Below are positions 52,947 to 62,137 of a stretch of 64,000 nt of DNA, piece by piece. Source of the stretch: an uncultured bacterium (GTDB taxonomy: Bacteria > Acidobacteriota > JAQAZP01); assembly GCA_965531145.1 (NCBI GenBank), contig CBESOE010000004.1, forward strand, positions 24,912 through 88,911, written 5' to 3'. Within the stretch, counting starts at the first letter, position 1. Every line of letters begins with the position of its first letter. The translations under genes were made by a program, and so were the position numbers. The notes beneath the pieces are model-generated. The model saw only the letters and a list, made by a program, of their open reading frames with translations. It was not told the origin of the DNA and did not search any database.

Positions 52947-55502
52947 GTGAAGGAGGATATCTTGTCATTCTATCCCGGCCGCAGCCTTCCGGAGAACGAC
53001 CCTCAACGGCCGTCCAGGACAGCCGGACGGGATAGTACGCTGCTTGATAATCCGTGGCTCCGATCAGCCCTGTTCCTGATCCTCTTCGCCGCCCTCTTCT
53101 TCTTCACCACCGGGATGAACGGCGAGGACGATTATCCCCACGGCGAGTTCGACGAAGACTGCACACTCTGTCACGGTGATGAAGATTGGCTGCCGGTGGT
53201 GATTTCGCCGGAGTTCGACCACGACGAGGTATCCGGCTTCACCCGGCGCGGAGCGCACCTCGACCTGGGCTGCCCCGCCTGTCACAAGAGCCTCAACTTC
53301 GCCGAGGCGCCCCGGGAGTGCGCCGGCTGCCACCTCGACGTGCACATGGGCGAGCTGGGCTCGGACTGCGGACGCTGCCATGAGATTTACAGTTTCATCG
53401 ACAACGCAAGCTGGCTGCGCCGGCACAGTTCCACCCGGTTTCCGCTCACCGGCAGGCACCTCACCGCCGACTGCGAGGAGTGCCACCCGCCCCAGCCCCA
53501 GGGCCGGCTGATCTGGGTCAACCGGCCGGTGGACTGTTTCGCCTGCCATAGGGAAGAATATGAAGGGACGGGCAATCCCGACCACCGCGCTGCCGGATTC
53601 CCCACTGGTTGCGAGCAGTGCCACTCCACCAGCAGTTGGACCACGGGCAGTAGCAGCAGCGGTCACAGCGGGTTCCCGCTCACCGGCGGGCACACCGGTC
53701 TCGATTGCGACCTCTGCCACATCGACGGTGTGTACGAAGGCACACCCACCCACTGCTTCGGTTGCCACCAGGACGACTACAACCGGGAGCACGCCGGCAG
53801 CGGCTTTCCCACCGACTGCACCCAGTGCCACTCCACCAGCGACTGGGACGCAGAGGAGACGGGGCACACCAGCTTCCCGCTCACCGGGGCCCACGCCCCG
53901 CTGGACTGTGACGCCTGCCACGCCAACGGGGTCTACGAAGGGACACCCAGCGACTGCTACGCCTGCCACCAGGACGACTACGACCAGACCGACGACCCGG
54001 ACCACCAGGCCGCCGGCTATCCCACCGACTGCGACCAGTGCCACTCCACCAGCAACTGGGATGCCGAGGACGCGCACACCAGCTTCCCGCTCACCGGCGG
54101 GCACGGCGGTCTCGACTGCAACGACTGCCACGCCAACGGTATCTACCAGGGAACGCCCACGAACTGCGTGGCCTGCCACCAGGACGACTACAACCGAGAG
54201 CACACCGGCAGCGGCTTTCCCACCGACTGCACCCAGTGCCACACAACGGCAACCTGGGAGGGAGCCACCGATCACTCGTCGTTCCCGCTCACCGGGGCCC
54301 ACGGCACACTGGACTGCGACGCCTGCCACGGCAATGGGGTCTATGAGGGGACACCCACCGACTGCTACGACTGCCACCGCAGCGACTACGACCAGGAGCA
54401 CGCCGGCAGTGGCTTCTCCACTGACTGCACCGAGTGCCACACCACCAGCAACTGGGATGCCGACATCGATCACACCGGCTGGCCGCTCACCGGCGCCCAC
54501 GCTGCTGTGGACTGCAGCCTCTGCCACATCAACGGGGTCTACGAGGGGACACCCACCGACTGCTGGTCCTGTCACAGCAGCGAGTACAACGAGGAGCACA
54601 GCGGCAGCGGCTTCCCCCATGACTGCACTGAATGCCACACCACATCCAGCTGGGACTCGGAGGATGCGCACACCGACTTCCCGCTCACCGGCGGGCATGG
54701 CGGCCTGGACTGCAACCTCTGCCATCCCGGCGGGTCCTACCAGGGGACACCCACCGACTGCTGGTCCTGTCACCAGGAGGACTACGAAGACGAGCATGCC
54801 GGCAGCGGCTTCCCCCACGACTGCACCGAGTGCCACACGATCAACGACTGGGACGCCGATTTCGCCCACACCACCTGGGCCCTCAATGGCGCCCATGCTT
54901 CGGTGGCCTGCAACGACTGTCATGAAAACGGCGTCTACGAAGGAACGCCCACCGACTGTTTCGATTGCCACCAGCAGGACTTCAGCGGTGAACATGGCGG
55001 GGAGGGATACCCCCACGACTGCCTGCTCTGTCACGACGAGAACAACTGGGACTCCGATTACGACCACGACTCGGTCTGGCCGCTCACCGGCGAGCACCGC
55101 TTTGCCAACTGCACCGAGTGCCATATCAACGATGTGTACCAGGGGACACCCACACTCTGCTACGACTGTCACCGGGAAGATTACGAGGACGAGCACTCCA
55201 GCAGCACGCCCCACCAGTGCGAGGAGTGTCACAACACCAGTGACTGGGATGATGCCAACAGCCGGGCCGCCATGCCGAACCACGACGCGCTGTTCCCCAT
55301 CCACTCCGGCCGGCACCGCAACCTCTGGTTCTCCTGCAAGGACTGTCATCCGAACAAGAAGAACCCGTCCGTGTTCACCTGCGCCGGCTGTCACTCCCCC
55401 GGTGACCACCCGGCCTCCGGCCTGAAAAAAGCGGGCCCGGCCCCCTCTGTTTTCAGAAGCGTGGACCGGGACTGCCTGGTCTGCCATCCGAGGGGGGACT
55501 GA
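52947..55502 (+). CDS. Multihaem c-type cytochrome with 34 CxxCH motifs, N-terminal membrane/signal anchor
   Basis: 34 CxxCH motifs counted in 851 aa (CTLCH, CPACH, CAGCH, CGRCH ... CAGCH, CLVCH), many as paired CXXCH ~10 aa apart with abundant extra His for bis-His ligation. Hydrophobic N-terminal segment SALFLILFAALFFFTTG. Likely real start is TTG at 52962, 5 nt after a strong GAAGGAGGA SD; the track used GTG at 52947. Confidence 0.8.
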   Translation: MKEDILSFYPGRSLPENDPQRPSRTAGRDSTLLDNPWLRSALFLILFAALFFFTTGMNGEDDYPHGEFDEDCTLCHGDEDWLPVVISPEFDHDEVSGFTRRGAHLDLGCPACHKSLNFAEAPRECAGCHLDVHMGELGSDCGRCHEIYSFIDNASWLRRHSSTRFPLTGRHLTADCEECHPPQPQGRLIWVNRPVDCFACHREEYEGTGNPDHRAAGFPTGCEQCHSTSSWTTGSSSSGHSGFPLTGGHTGLDCDLCHIDGVYEGTPTHCFGCHQDDYNREHAGSGFPTDCTQCHSTSDWDAEETGHTSFPLTGAHAPLDCDACHANGVYEGTPSDCYACHQDDYDQTDDPDHQAAGYPTDCDQCHSTSNWDAEDAHTSFPLTGGHGGLDCNDCHANGIYQGTPTNCVACHQDDYNREHTGSGFPTDCTQCHTTATWEGATDHSSFPLTGAHGTLDCDACHGNGVYEGTPTDCYDCHRSDYDQEHAGSGFSTDCTECHTTSNWDADIDHTGWPLTGAHAAVDCSLCHINGVYEGTPTDCWSCHSSEYNEEHSGSGFPHDCTECHTTSSWDSEDAHTDFPLTGGHGGLDCNLCHPGGSYQGTPTDCWSCHQEDYEDEHAGSGFPHDCTECHTINDWDADFAHTTWALNGAHASVACNDCHENGVYEGTPTDCFDCHQQDFSGEHGGEGYPHDCLLCHDENNWDSDYDHDSVWPLTGEHRFANCTECHINDVYQGTPTLCYDCHREDYEDEHSSSTPHQCEECHNTSDWDDANSRAAMPNHDALFPIHSGRHRNLWFSCKDCHPNKKNPSVFTCAGCHSPGDHPASGLKKAGPAPSVFRSVDRDCLVCHPRGD
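53547..55227 (+). repeat. Coding tandem repeat: ~9 copies of a ~60-aa three-haem module
   Basis: Recurring unit GFPTDCTQCHSTSDWDAEETGHTSFPLTGAHAPLDCDACHANGVYEGTPSDCYACHQDDY with conserved F-P-L-T-G-[GA]-H and G-T-P-[TS]-D-C spacing. Confidence 0.75.
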
Positions 55503-57154
55503 TGATGAACAGCAGAACCCTCTTCACCGTGGCAATACTCCTGGCCCTCACTACCCTGATCACAGCTCGGCCACTGGCCGCCGCGGAAGCCGAACAGGCC
55601 ACCTGCCAGGTGACCTATCTCACCGGCAGTTCGGTCTACATCGACGCCGGCAGCGAGGACGGCCTGCGTCCCGGCGACCTGGTGGAACTGCTCAGCGGTG
55701 AGCAGGTGGTCATGGTGCTCCGGGTGCGCGACGTCTCCAGCCGCAAGGCGGCCTGCGTCCCCCAGGACCAGGAACTGGCCCTGGCCGGCCTGGTCAATGC
55801 CGGCGATACCGTGCGCTATGTCAAACACACCGCCGAGGCCTCAGCAGACCCGGCCGCTGCCGCGGGAGCGGTGGCCGGACAATCGGCCGGCGGCGCGGAG
55901 ACCGAAGAGCACAACGTGCCGGCGGATTCATCCGACGCCACCATCTTCGGCGGCCTGCGCGGGCGGGTGGGCCTGGCCTACCTGATGGTCAACGACAATG
56001 AGAACGACAGCGGCGGGTTCAGCCGGCCGGCGGTCACCCTGCGTCTCGACGGTGAGCACCTGGGTGACTCACCGTTCAGCATCCACATCGACACCCGGAT
56101 GCGGCGCACCACCAGCAACGTCGACGACGAAGCGGTGAACCGCGCCCGGGTCTACCGCTTCTCCGCCGAATACCAGCGACAGGGGTCGCCATACCGCTTC
56201 TCCCTGGGCCGGCAGTACTCGCCGGGGCTCTCCGGACTGACCCTCTTTGACGGCCTGCTGGCCGAGCGGCGCACCGACAAATGGGCCTTCGGCCTTTTCG
56301 GCGGCACCCAGCCCGACTACGAGGACTACACCTTTTCCTCGGACACTACCCAGTACGGCCTCTACGCCCAGCGGACCAGTCTTCCCGGCGCGGAGAAGCA
56401 GTGGGATCTGACCGCCGGTCTGGCCGCCACCTACGGCAAGGGCGAGGACTTCCGCGAGTTTCTCTTTCTCCAGGCCAACTACTTCACCCGGCGGCTGACC
56501 CTCTCCTTCAACCAGGAGGTGGACTTCAACCGCGACTGGAAATCGGACGCCGGGGAGAGCACGGTCCAGCCCACCAGCACCTTTGCCATCGCACGCTACC
56601 GGGTGGGCGACAACGTGACGCTGAACATCGGCTATGACGACCGGCGCCAGGTGATGCTCTACCGCGAGTTCGAGAACCCGGAGACCGAGTTCGACGACGA
56701 CAACCGGCAGGGGCTGTGGGGCGGGGTCGACGTGAGCTTCCTCAGGCGCTACCGCGCCGGGGTGCAGTATCGCGGTAACAGCGGTGGCGATGCCGGCAGT
56801 TCCAACTCCTACACCCTGACCCTGGGGGCGGCGGACCTCTTCCCCTTCCACCTCGACATCGGGGCACGTTCCACCCGTTTCGAGAACGACCGCTCGGAGG
56901 GCTGGCTCAACTCGCTGAACCTCTACCTGCCGGTGGGCCGGCGCACCCAGTTCTCGCTCTACGGGGGGCTGCGCCAGGATGAATACCCCAACGCGCTCAG
57001 CTCGGACCTGACCAGCCAGGACCTGGTCTGGTATGGCGCGGAGATGAACCTCCGCCTGGGCCGGTCGTGGTTCTTCCTCATCTCACTGGAACGGAATTCC
57101 GGAGACACCGAGGACTTCGACCAGCTCTACACCATGATCAGCTACCGGTTTTGA
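55502..57154 (+). CDS. Outer-membrane beta-barrel protein co-transcribed with the multihaem cytochrome (candidate porin partner)
   Basis: ATG overlaps the cytochrome TGA (ATGATGA). Signal peptide MMNSRTLFTVAILLALTTLITARPLAAAEA; ~120-aa N-terminal soluble segment; then alternating-pattern strands rich in Y/G/R/D; C-terminal ...YTMISYRF. Confidence 0.7.
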   Translation: MMNSRTLFTVAILLALTTLITARPLAAAEAEQATCQVTYLTGSSVYIDAGSEDGLRPGDLVELLSGEQVVMVLRVRDVSSRKAACVPQDQELALAGLVNAGDTVRYVKHTAEASADPAAAAGAVAGQSAGGAETEEHNVPADSSDATIFGGLRGRVGLAYLMVNDNENDSGGFSRPAVTLRLDGEHLGDSPFSIHIDTRMRRTTSNVDDEAVNRARVYRFSAEYQRQGSPYRFSLGRQYSPGLSGLTLFDGLLAERRTDKWAFGLFGGTQPDYEDYTFSSDTTQYGLYAQRTSLPGAEKQWDLTAGLAATYGKGEDFREFLFLQANYFTRRLTLSFNQEVDFNRDWKSDAGESTVQPTSTFAIARYRVGDNVTLNIGYDDRRQVMLYREFENPETEFDDDNRQGLWGGVDVSFLRRYRAGVQYRGNSGGDAGSSNSYTLTLGAADLFPFHLDIGARSTRFENDRSEGWLNSLNLYLPVGRRTQFSLYGGLRQDEYPNALSSDLTSQDLVWYGAEMNLRLGRSWFFLISLERNSGDTEDFDQLYTMISYRF

Positions 57155-57160
57155 GGCTGG

Positions 57161-58230
57161 TTAAAATCCACCGGCAGCCACAGTCGCTCCATATTTCCAA
57201 TCGGCGGGAAAGGCCTGCAATGAAAACTGCAGGTGCATCCGGGACCCGTCATAACTGTACACATTGACCGGTGATCCGGTTGACGGGTCCGGCCCGGGGC
57301 CCACCACCACTTCATTCCGCCAGTCACCGTCCAGATCGGCGGTGGCACAGACCTTCGCCCCGTACCGCACCTGGCTCGGCAACCAGGCAAAGAAGTTGAA
57401 CCCCGGCAGTTCGGTCACCGCTGTCCCGTCGTAGTTCCAGCCCCGGACATGGGCCCCGAAGGCCGCACCCGGGCCCGCACCGGTGACCAGCTCGTCCAGC
57501 CCGTCACCGTCCACGTCACCACAGGTGACATTCACGCCGTATTCGTTGGTCCCGTATGCGAAGAAACTCACCGCCGGAATGGCCTCGGCCGGACCGCCGT
57601 CCACATTCCACCCCCTGACGTGGGGACCGAATATCGTACCGGGCCCGGCGCCGGTGACGATCTCGTCATACCCGTCGCCGTCGATGTCCCCGGCGGCCAC
57701 GTTCACCCCCCACTGGATGGTACCGTAGGCAAAAAAGTTGACCCACGGGGATGGGGCCGCACTGCCGCCGCCGCCGTACTGGACCAGGTCGAACGCGCGG
57801 ACGTGCGGGCCAAAAACCCGCCCCGGTCCGGCGCCGGTGATCACCTCCCACGCCTCGTCATCGTCGATATCACCGGCACAGACGTTCACCCCGTATCGGG
57901 GTGTGCCGTAGGCAAAGAAGTTGAGCCCGGGCACCGGCACCCCATCCACCGTGAATCCCCGAACGTGGGGGCCGTAGATCTCACCAGGCCCGGCGCCGGT
58001 GAGCACTTCATCCACCTGGTTGCCGTCCACATCGCCGCAGCTCACATTTACTCCGTGGCTGGGGGCGCCATAAGCGGTGAACTCGCTGGTGTGGGTTGCG
58101 TCCTGCTGTGGCGGGAAGGTGCGCACCAGGGGCGGATTGGTGAGGCCCGGGCCAGGGCCGGCGACCAGGCCGGGGGTGGTGATCGGCGATGATTCACCCT
58201 TGTACAGCGCACTGTAATGCCGGGTCAGGT
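57161..58230 (-). repeat. Coding tandem repeat: FG-GAP blades (C-terminal propeller module, copy 3 of 3)
   Basis: Same family as 8229..9266 and 9941..11030; produces the antisense ORF 57449..58192 (+) in the track. Confidence 0.75.
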
Positions 58231-59549
58231 TGATGAACTGGTCGTTGTACTCGGCGGAGTCGCAGACATCAGTCCCCTCGTAGAACTCGTTCCAAGTCTC
58301 GATGGCGATCATCGGTACCCCCGAGGCGATGGCCGCTTCCCAGCTCTGCCGGTAATAGCGTCCGCCCTCCCGGTCGCGGTAAGAAGGCGGGTAGCGCACC
58401 GATGAATCATCGTACCCCGGACCCACGGCAGCGGTCTCCAGCAGTCGGGGCCCGTTCAGCGCCGCCCCCCACTGGTAACGGCTGTCGGTATCCACATTCC
58501 AACTGGCCTCCCGTACGATATACGGGGCCACACCGAATTGAAGCTGGAACTGCTCCTCCAGCTGATCGATGGACCACTGGTTGTAGTTGCCGGCAAAGTG
58601 GCTGGCGTACAACTGGATCAGCGGGCGGCCGTCCACCGTGGCCCGCAGCTCGTCCGGCACCATGTCGAAAAAGTCTCGTACCGTCCGCCAGAAAAATCCG
58701 TGCGGTTCCGCGGCGGTGATGTCCAGACCGGGGTTGAGGCTGGCCTCGTACGATTCATCGACGAACTGCAGCATTGCGTCTCGCGAGCCGCCCCCGGTGA
58801 GAAAGTCGAGCCAGTAGAGATATCCCGTGCTGTCCGGTTCCCGGCCGAGGATCAGCTCGAAGGTGTCGTTGACGAATTCGGTGTCGCTGACGATCAGTGC
58901 GCCGTAAGCCGGGGAGTCGAGAATGCCGCCGATGAACTCCCGTCTGGTAATCCCCCCCCAGCCCAGGGCCAGCACCCCCTCCTCCAGTTCGAACAGATCG
59001 GGCGTGCGGTTGAGCAGCACCGTGTAGCAGCGGATAACAAAGTGGCTGTCCGACAGGAACTGCACCGCCCGGTAGCTGCAGCGCACGTAACGGTGCTGGT
59101 CGTAGTCGTAGGTCACCGGGTTCATGGTCAGGGTGACCGTGTCGTAAAACATGCCGATCTTCGGCGGAGTCTCCCCCGCGGCCGCCATCTGCTGCGCGGC
59201 CTGCACCAGCAGTTCCAGGCCTTCATTGCTCCAGTAGTTGTAGCGGGCGGCGCTGTGCGGAAAGCCCCAGTAGACCGGCAGCACCACGTCAATGCCGGCC
59301 TCGCTCATCCGGCGGAGATTGAAGGTGTACCAGGGCAGGGATCTCCACCAGAGGGGGGTCCCGGCAGGGAGCCAGGGGTGGTCGGACATCTCCCCCGGAT
59401 TCTCGTGATACCAGTAGAAGAAGTAGGTGGTGACCAGCTTCTCGTCCACCGGCACCGTGTCCGGCTCCGCCGAGAGAGGCACCGTAACCAGGACAAAACA
59501 GACCAGACAGAAACCTGCAATGTGCAACGATCTGGTCAGGCCGGCCATG
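57161..59549 (-). CDS. Secreted protein: N-terminal glycosidase-like domain with a DUF4214 insert plus C-terminal FG-GAP beta-propeller
   Basis: Start at MAGLTRSLHIAGFCLVCFVLVTVPLSA (signal peptide) inside track ORF 57161..59719. DUF4214-like LGREPDSTGYLYWLDFLTGGGSRDAMLQFVDESYEA. C-terminal blades GVNVSCGDVDGNQVDEVLTGAGPGEIYGPHVRGF ... ending KYGATVAAGGF. Confidence 0.75.
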
Positions 59550-59559
59550 TCGACATTCT

Positions 59560-60441
59560 TCAAGGGACGCTCCCCGTCACAGTGCAGCTGTCCGTATCGG
59601 TAACTCCCGACGGGAGGTAGGGTGGCTGGTTGTAAGGGGCGGGTGTGACGTCTTCGGCAACCAGGGTGAACACGTTTGGGCCCTTCAGTGGCCCGAGCAG
59701 AGGAAGATACTGATTCCATTCCTCGGTGAACTGCCGTCCGGCGTGCAGGTTCATAAACCCCGAGCGCCAGTTGGAGAACACGTATCCACCGGCCAGCTCC
59801 ACATCGATCCGTGCGGAGTATCGCCTGACCTGACCGCCGTAAAGGTTCTTCAGGTTGGCGTTCATGTGGACGTTCAGGGGCAGCGATCCCACGGGCGGGT
59901 CACATTGGAGAGTGGCCTGCAGAAACTCGTCGCAGGAGACCCAGGTGTGAAAGTTGAAATCACCGGCGTAATAATTGCCATCCCGGTAGCCGTGACCCGC
60001 CCCATAGCAGCCGCTGGAGACGGCCGTCCAGGCAAGATTGTGTGTCTCGGAGATGACCTCGATCACATATGTGCTCCCCGGTGTGAGGGGGATGGGCAAA
60101 TTGAAAGCACAGGGAACCCACTCGGTGTACACACCGGACCGCGGAATGAAGGTGACCGAACTGCCAGCCACAATAGGCCCGTCGATTACATTTTCATGGA
60201 GCAAAACGGTCACGGGGAGGTGATTACCAGGATTCGAGGAAGACAGCCGCAGATCGAGGCCAACATGCTCGGATTCGCTGGGCACGAAAGATTGTCCCAT
60301 GGGCATGGAGTTGACGATGGGCCATGCGGAATTCCATGGATCCGTGCACTCCTGATCCACGCAGCCGGCGAAGAGCGGCGAACATGAAAGAAGGGCGAGT
60401 GAGAGAATGAGAACCATGCGAATTGACGACTTCAATTTCAT
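59560..60441 (-). CDS. Hypothetical secreted lipoprotein-like protein
   Basis: Signal peptide MKLKSSIRMVLILSLALLSCSPLFAGC (lipobox-like LFAGC); 293 aa; no family motif recognised. Confidence 0.5.
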   Translation of the reverse strand: MKLKSSIRMVLILSLALLSCSPLFAGCVDQECTDPWNSAWPIVNSMPMGQSFVPSESEHVGLDLRLSSSNPGNHLPVTVLLHENVIDGPIVAGSSVTFIPRSGVYTEWVPCAFNLPIPLTPGSTYVIEVISETHNLAWTAVSSGCYGAGHGYRDGNYYAGDFNFHTWVSCDEFLQATLQCDPPVGSLPLNVHMNANLKNLYGGQVRRYSARIDVELAGGYVFSNWRSGFMNLHAGRQFTEEWNQYLPLLGPLKGPNVFTLVAEDVTPAPYNQPPYLPSGVTDTDSCTVTGSVP

Positions 60442-60728
60442 CCTCCTTTGTCACACCCCTGCCGTGGTGCGCCTTGTGGAAGTGACTGTAAAACAGATCC
60501 CATGATCGGTTTCTGTTTTTCAAGACCGTACACATCATCTCAGTTGCCTGGTACTAGCCTGAGAAACCCGGAATAGGCCAACAGACATCGGCTTGATCTA
60601 AAAGTAAATATAGGTTTCGTGTGCGTGAAGGGCAAGGAAGTAAGTGCAATATCAAAAAGATACAAACGTGAGAATGGGATTGAACCGCCGGAACCAGCCA
60701 AATATTCCCTAAAGTTCTAGACACTTTG

Positions 60729-60741
60729 CACCGATTCGGTG
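60729..60741 (+). promoter_or_regulatory. Candidate GntR/YtrA-type operator (6-1-6 palindrome CACCGA-T-TCGGTG) with adjacent ACAGT-N3-ACAGT direct repeat
   Basis: Located ~65 bp upstream of the GntR start in a 360-bp AT-rich intergenic region. Confidence 0.3.
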
Positions 60742-60804
60742 TATTACTACAGTGATACAGTAAATCGAAGTCGGCGGACTGAGCGAAAGAAGAGGGGCCA
60801 GGAG

Positions 60805-61215
60805 ATGAGACGGTTACTGCATGTCAATCCCGGTGATGCTGTTCCCATCTGGCGACAGATCGAGGAAGGAATGAGACAACTGGTGGCGGCCAAAACCTTG
60901 AAGCCGGGCGACCCGGTGCCTTCGGTTCGCGAGCTGGCCCGACAGCTTCAGGTCAATCCGGCCACCGTGGCCAAGGGCTACCAGCGGCTGACCGCTGACG
61001 GGCTGCTGATGATCCGCCGGGGGGAAGGCACTTTTGTCGCTGAACGGCCACCGGCACTGGCGAAGGGCAAACAGCGCGAACTTCTCCAGCAGGGGGCCCG
61101 GCGCTATGCCAGCCTGGCCATTACCAGCGGGACGGCAAAGAAGACGGCCTTCACTGTGCTGGATACCGCCTGGGATGAACTGGAAACAGCAGCGGAGGGA
61201 ACGGAAGATGAGTGA
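60805..61215 (+). CDS. GntR family transcriptional regulator, short YtrA-like subfamily
   Basis: Start at MRRLLHVNPGDAVPIWRQIEEGMRQLV inside track ORF 60739..61215. wHTH ...PSVRELARQLQVNPATVAKGYQRLTADGLLMIRRGEGTFVA. Stop overlaps the ABC ATPase start (ATGAGTGA). Confidence 0.75.
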   Translation: MRRLLHVNPGDAVPIWRQIEEGMRQLVAAKTLKPGDPVPSVRELARQLQVNPATVAKGYQRLTADGLLMIRRGEGTFVAERPPALAKGKQRELLQQGARRYASLAITSGTAKKTAFTVLDTAWDELETAAEGTEDE

Positions 61216-62137
61216 ACAGAAATCAAACACCGCCCCCGTGATCCAGGTTGGTGATCTCACCGTCCGCTATGGACGGCAGACAGCTCTCGATGCCGTCTCC
61301 CTCGATGTGGAGCAGGGAGAGGTCTACGCGTTGCTGGGACGCAACGGGGCCGGAAAGACATCACTGGTCAGTTGCCTGCTCGGCCACCGCAAAGGGCAGG
61401 CCAGCAGGATCGCACTGTTCGGGGATGAGATCTGGCGCCACCACCGGAAATTACTTCGGCGGGTGGGCGTGGTACCCGAGGAGCCGGATGCTCCGCCTGA
61501 TTGGACCGCGGCGGAACTCAGCCGCTTCTACTCCACCCTCTACCCCCGCTGGGATGAGAGTGTGACCACCGAACGGCTGAAGAGGTTCCGCATTTCGCCG
61601 GATCAGCGCTTCGGTCACCTCTCCAAGGGCCAGAAAGGCCAGTTGATGCTCACCCTGGCCCTGGCCGGACAGCCGGACCTGCTGGTGCTGGACGATCCGA
61701 CCCTGGGTCTCGACGCGGTGGCCCGCAGCCAGCTCTTTGATGAACTGATCGGTGAGCTGGCGGATCGGGGAACCAGCGTGCTGATCTCCACCCACGACCT
61801 GGCCGGCGTGGAGGGGATCGCCGACCGAGTGGGGATCCTCCGTGAAGGAAAGCTCGTTCTCGACGAATCCCTGGAGTCGGTCAAGAGCCGGCACCGCCGC
61901 ATTCGCGCCATGGCTGACCCGGATCAAACCGCGGTGCCGGCACTGCTCGAGCCGCTGGGTGTGATCAGCTTTACGGCCCATGAGCTGGGCCGGGAGTGGG
62001 TGGTGGACCGCTACCGGAATGACGCTTTCACTGCACATCAAGACTCCGGCAAGGCGATGTCACTGTCCGCCGATCCCATGTCGCTGGAGGAGATCTTCAT
62101 CACCCTCACCGGGGAAGCCGTGGAGGAAAGACGATGA
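61209..62137 (+). CDS. ABC transporter ATP-binding protein
   Basis: Start at MSEQKSNTAPVIQVGDLTVRYG inside track ORF 61034..62137. Walker A GRNGAGKTSL; signature LSKGQKGQ; Walker B LLVLDDPT; 4-bp overlap with the downstream permease gene. Confidence 0.85.

Noticed and set aside
53600-55250. Regular ~180-nt periodicity that superficially resembles a repeat array
   Set aside because: The repeats are in-frame coding modules of the cytochrome (conserved at protein level, continuous ORF), not a CRISPR array or satellite.
53064-55487. 807-aa minus-strand ORF and 621-aa +2-frame ORF (53560..55425) inside the cytochrome gene
   Set aside because: Alternate frames of the tandem trihaem-module repeats; only the 52947..55502 frame carries the CxxCH motifs.
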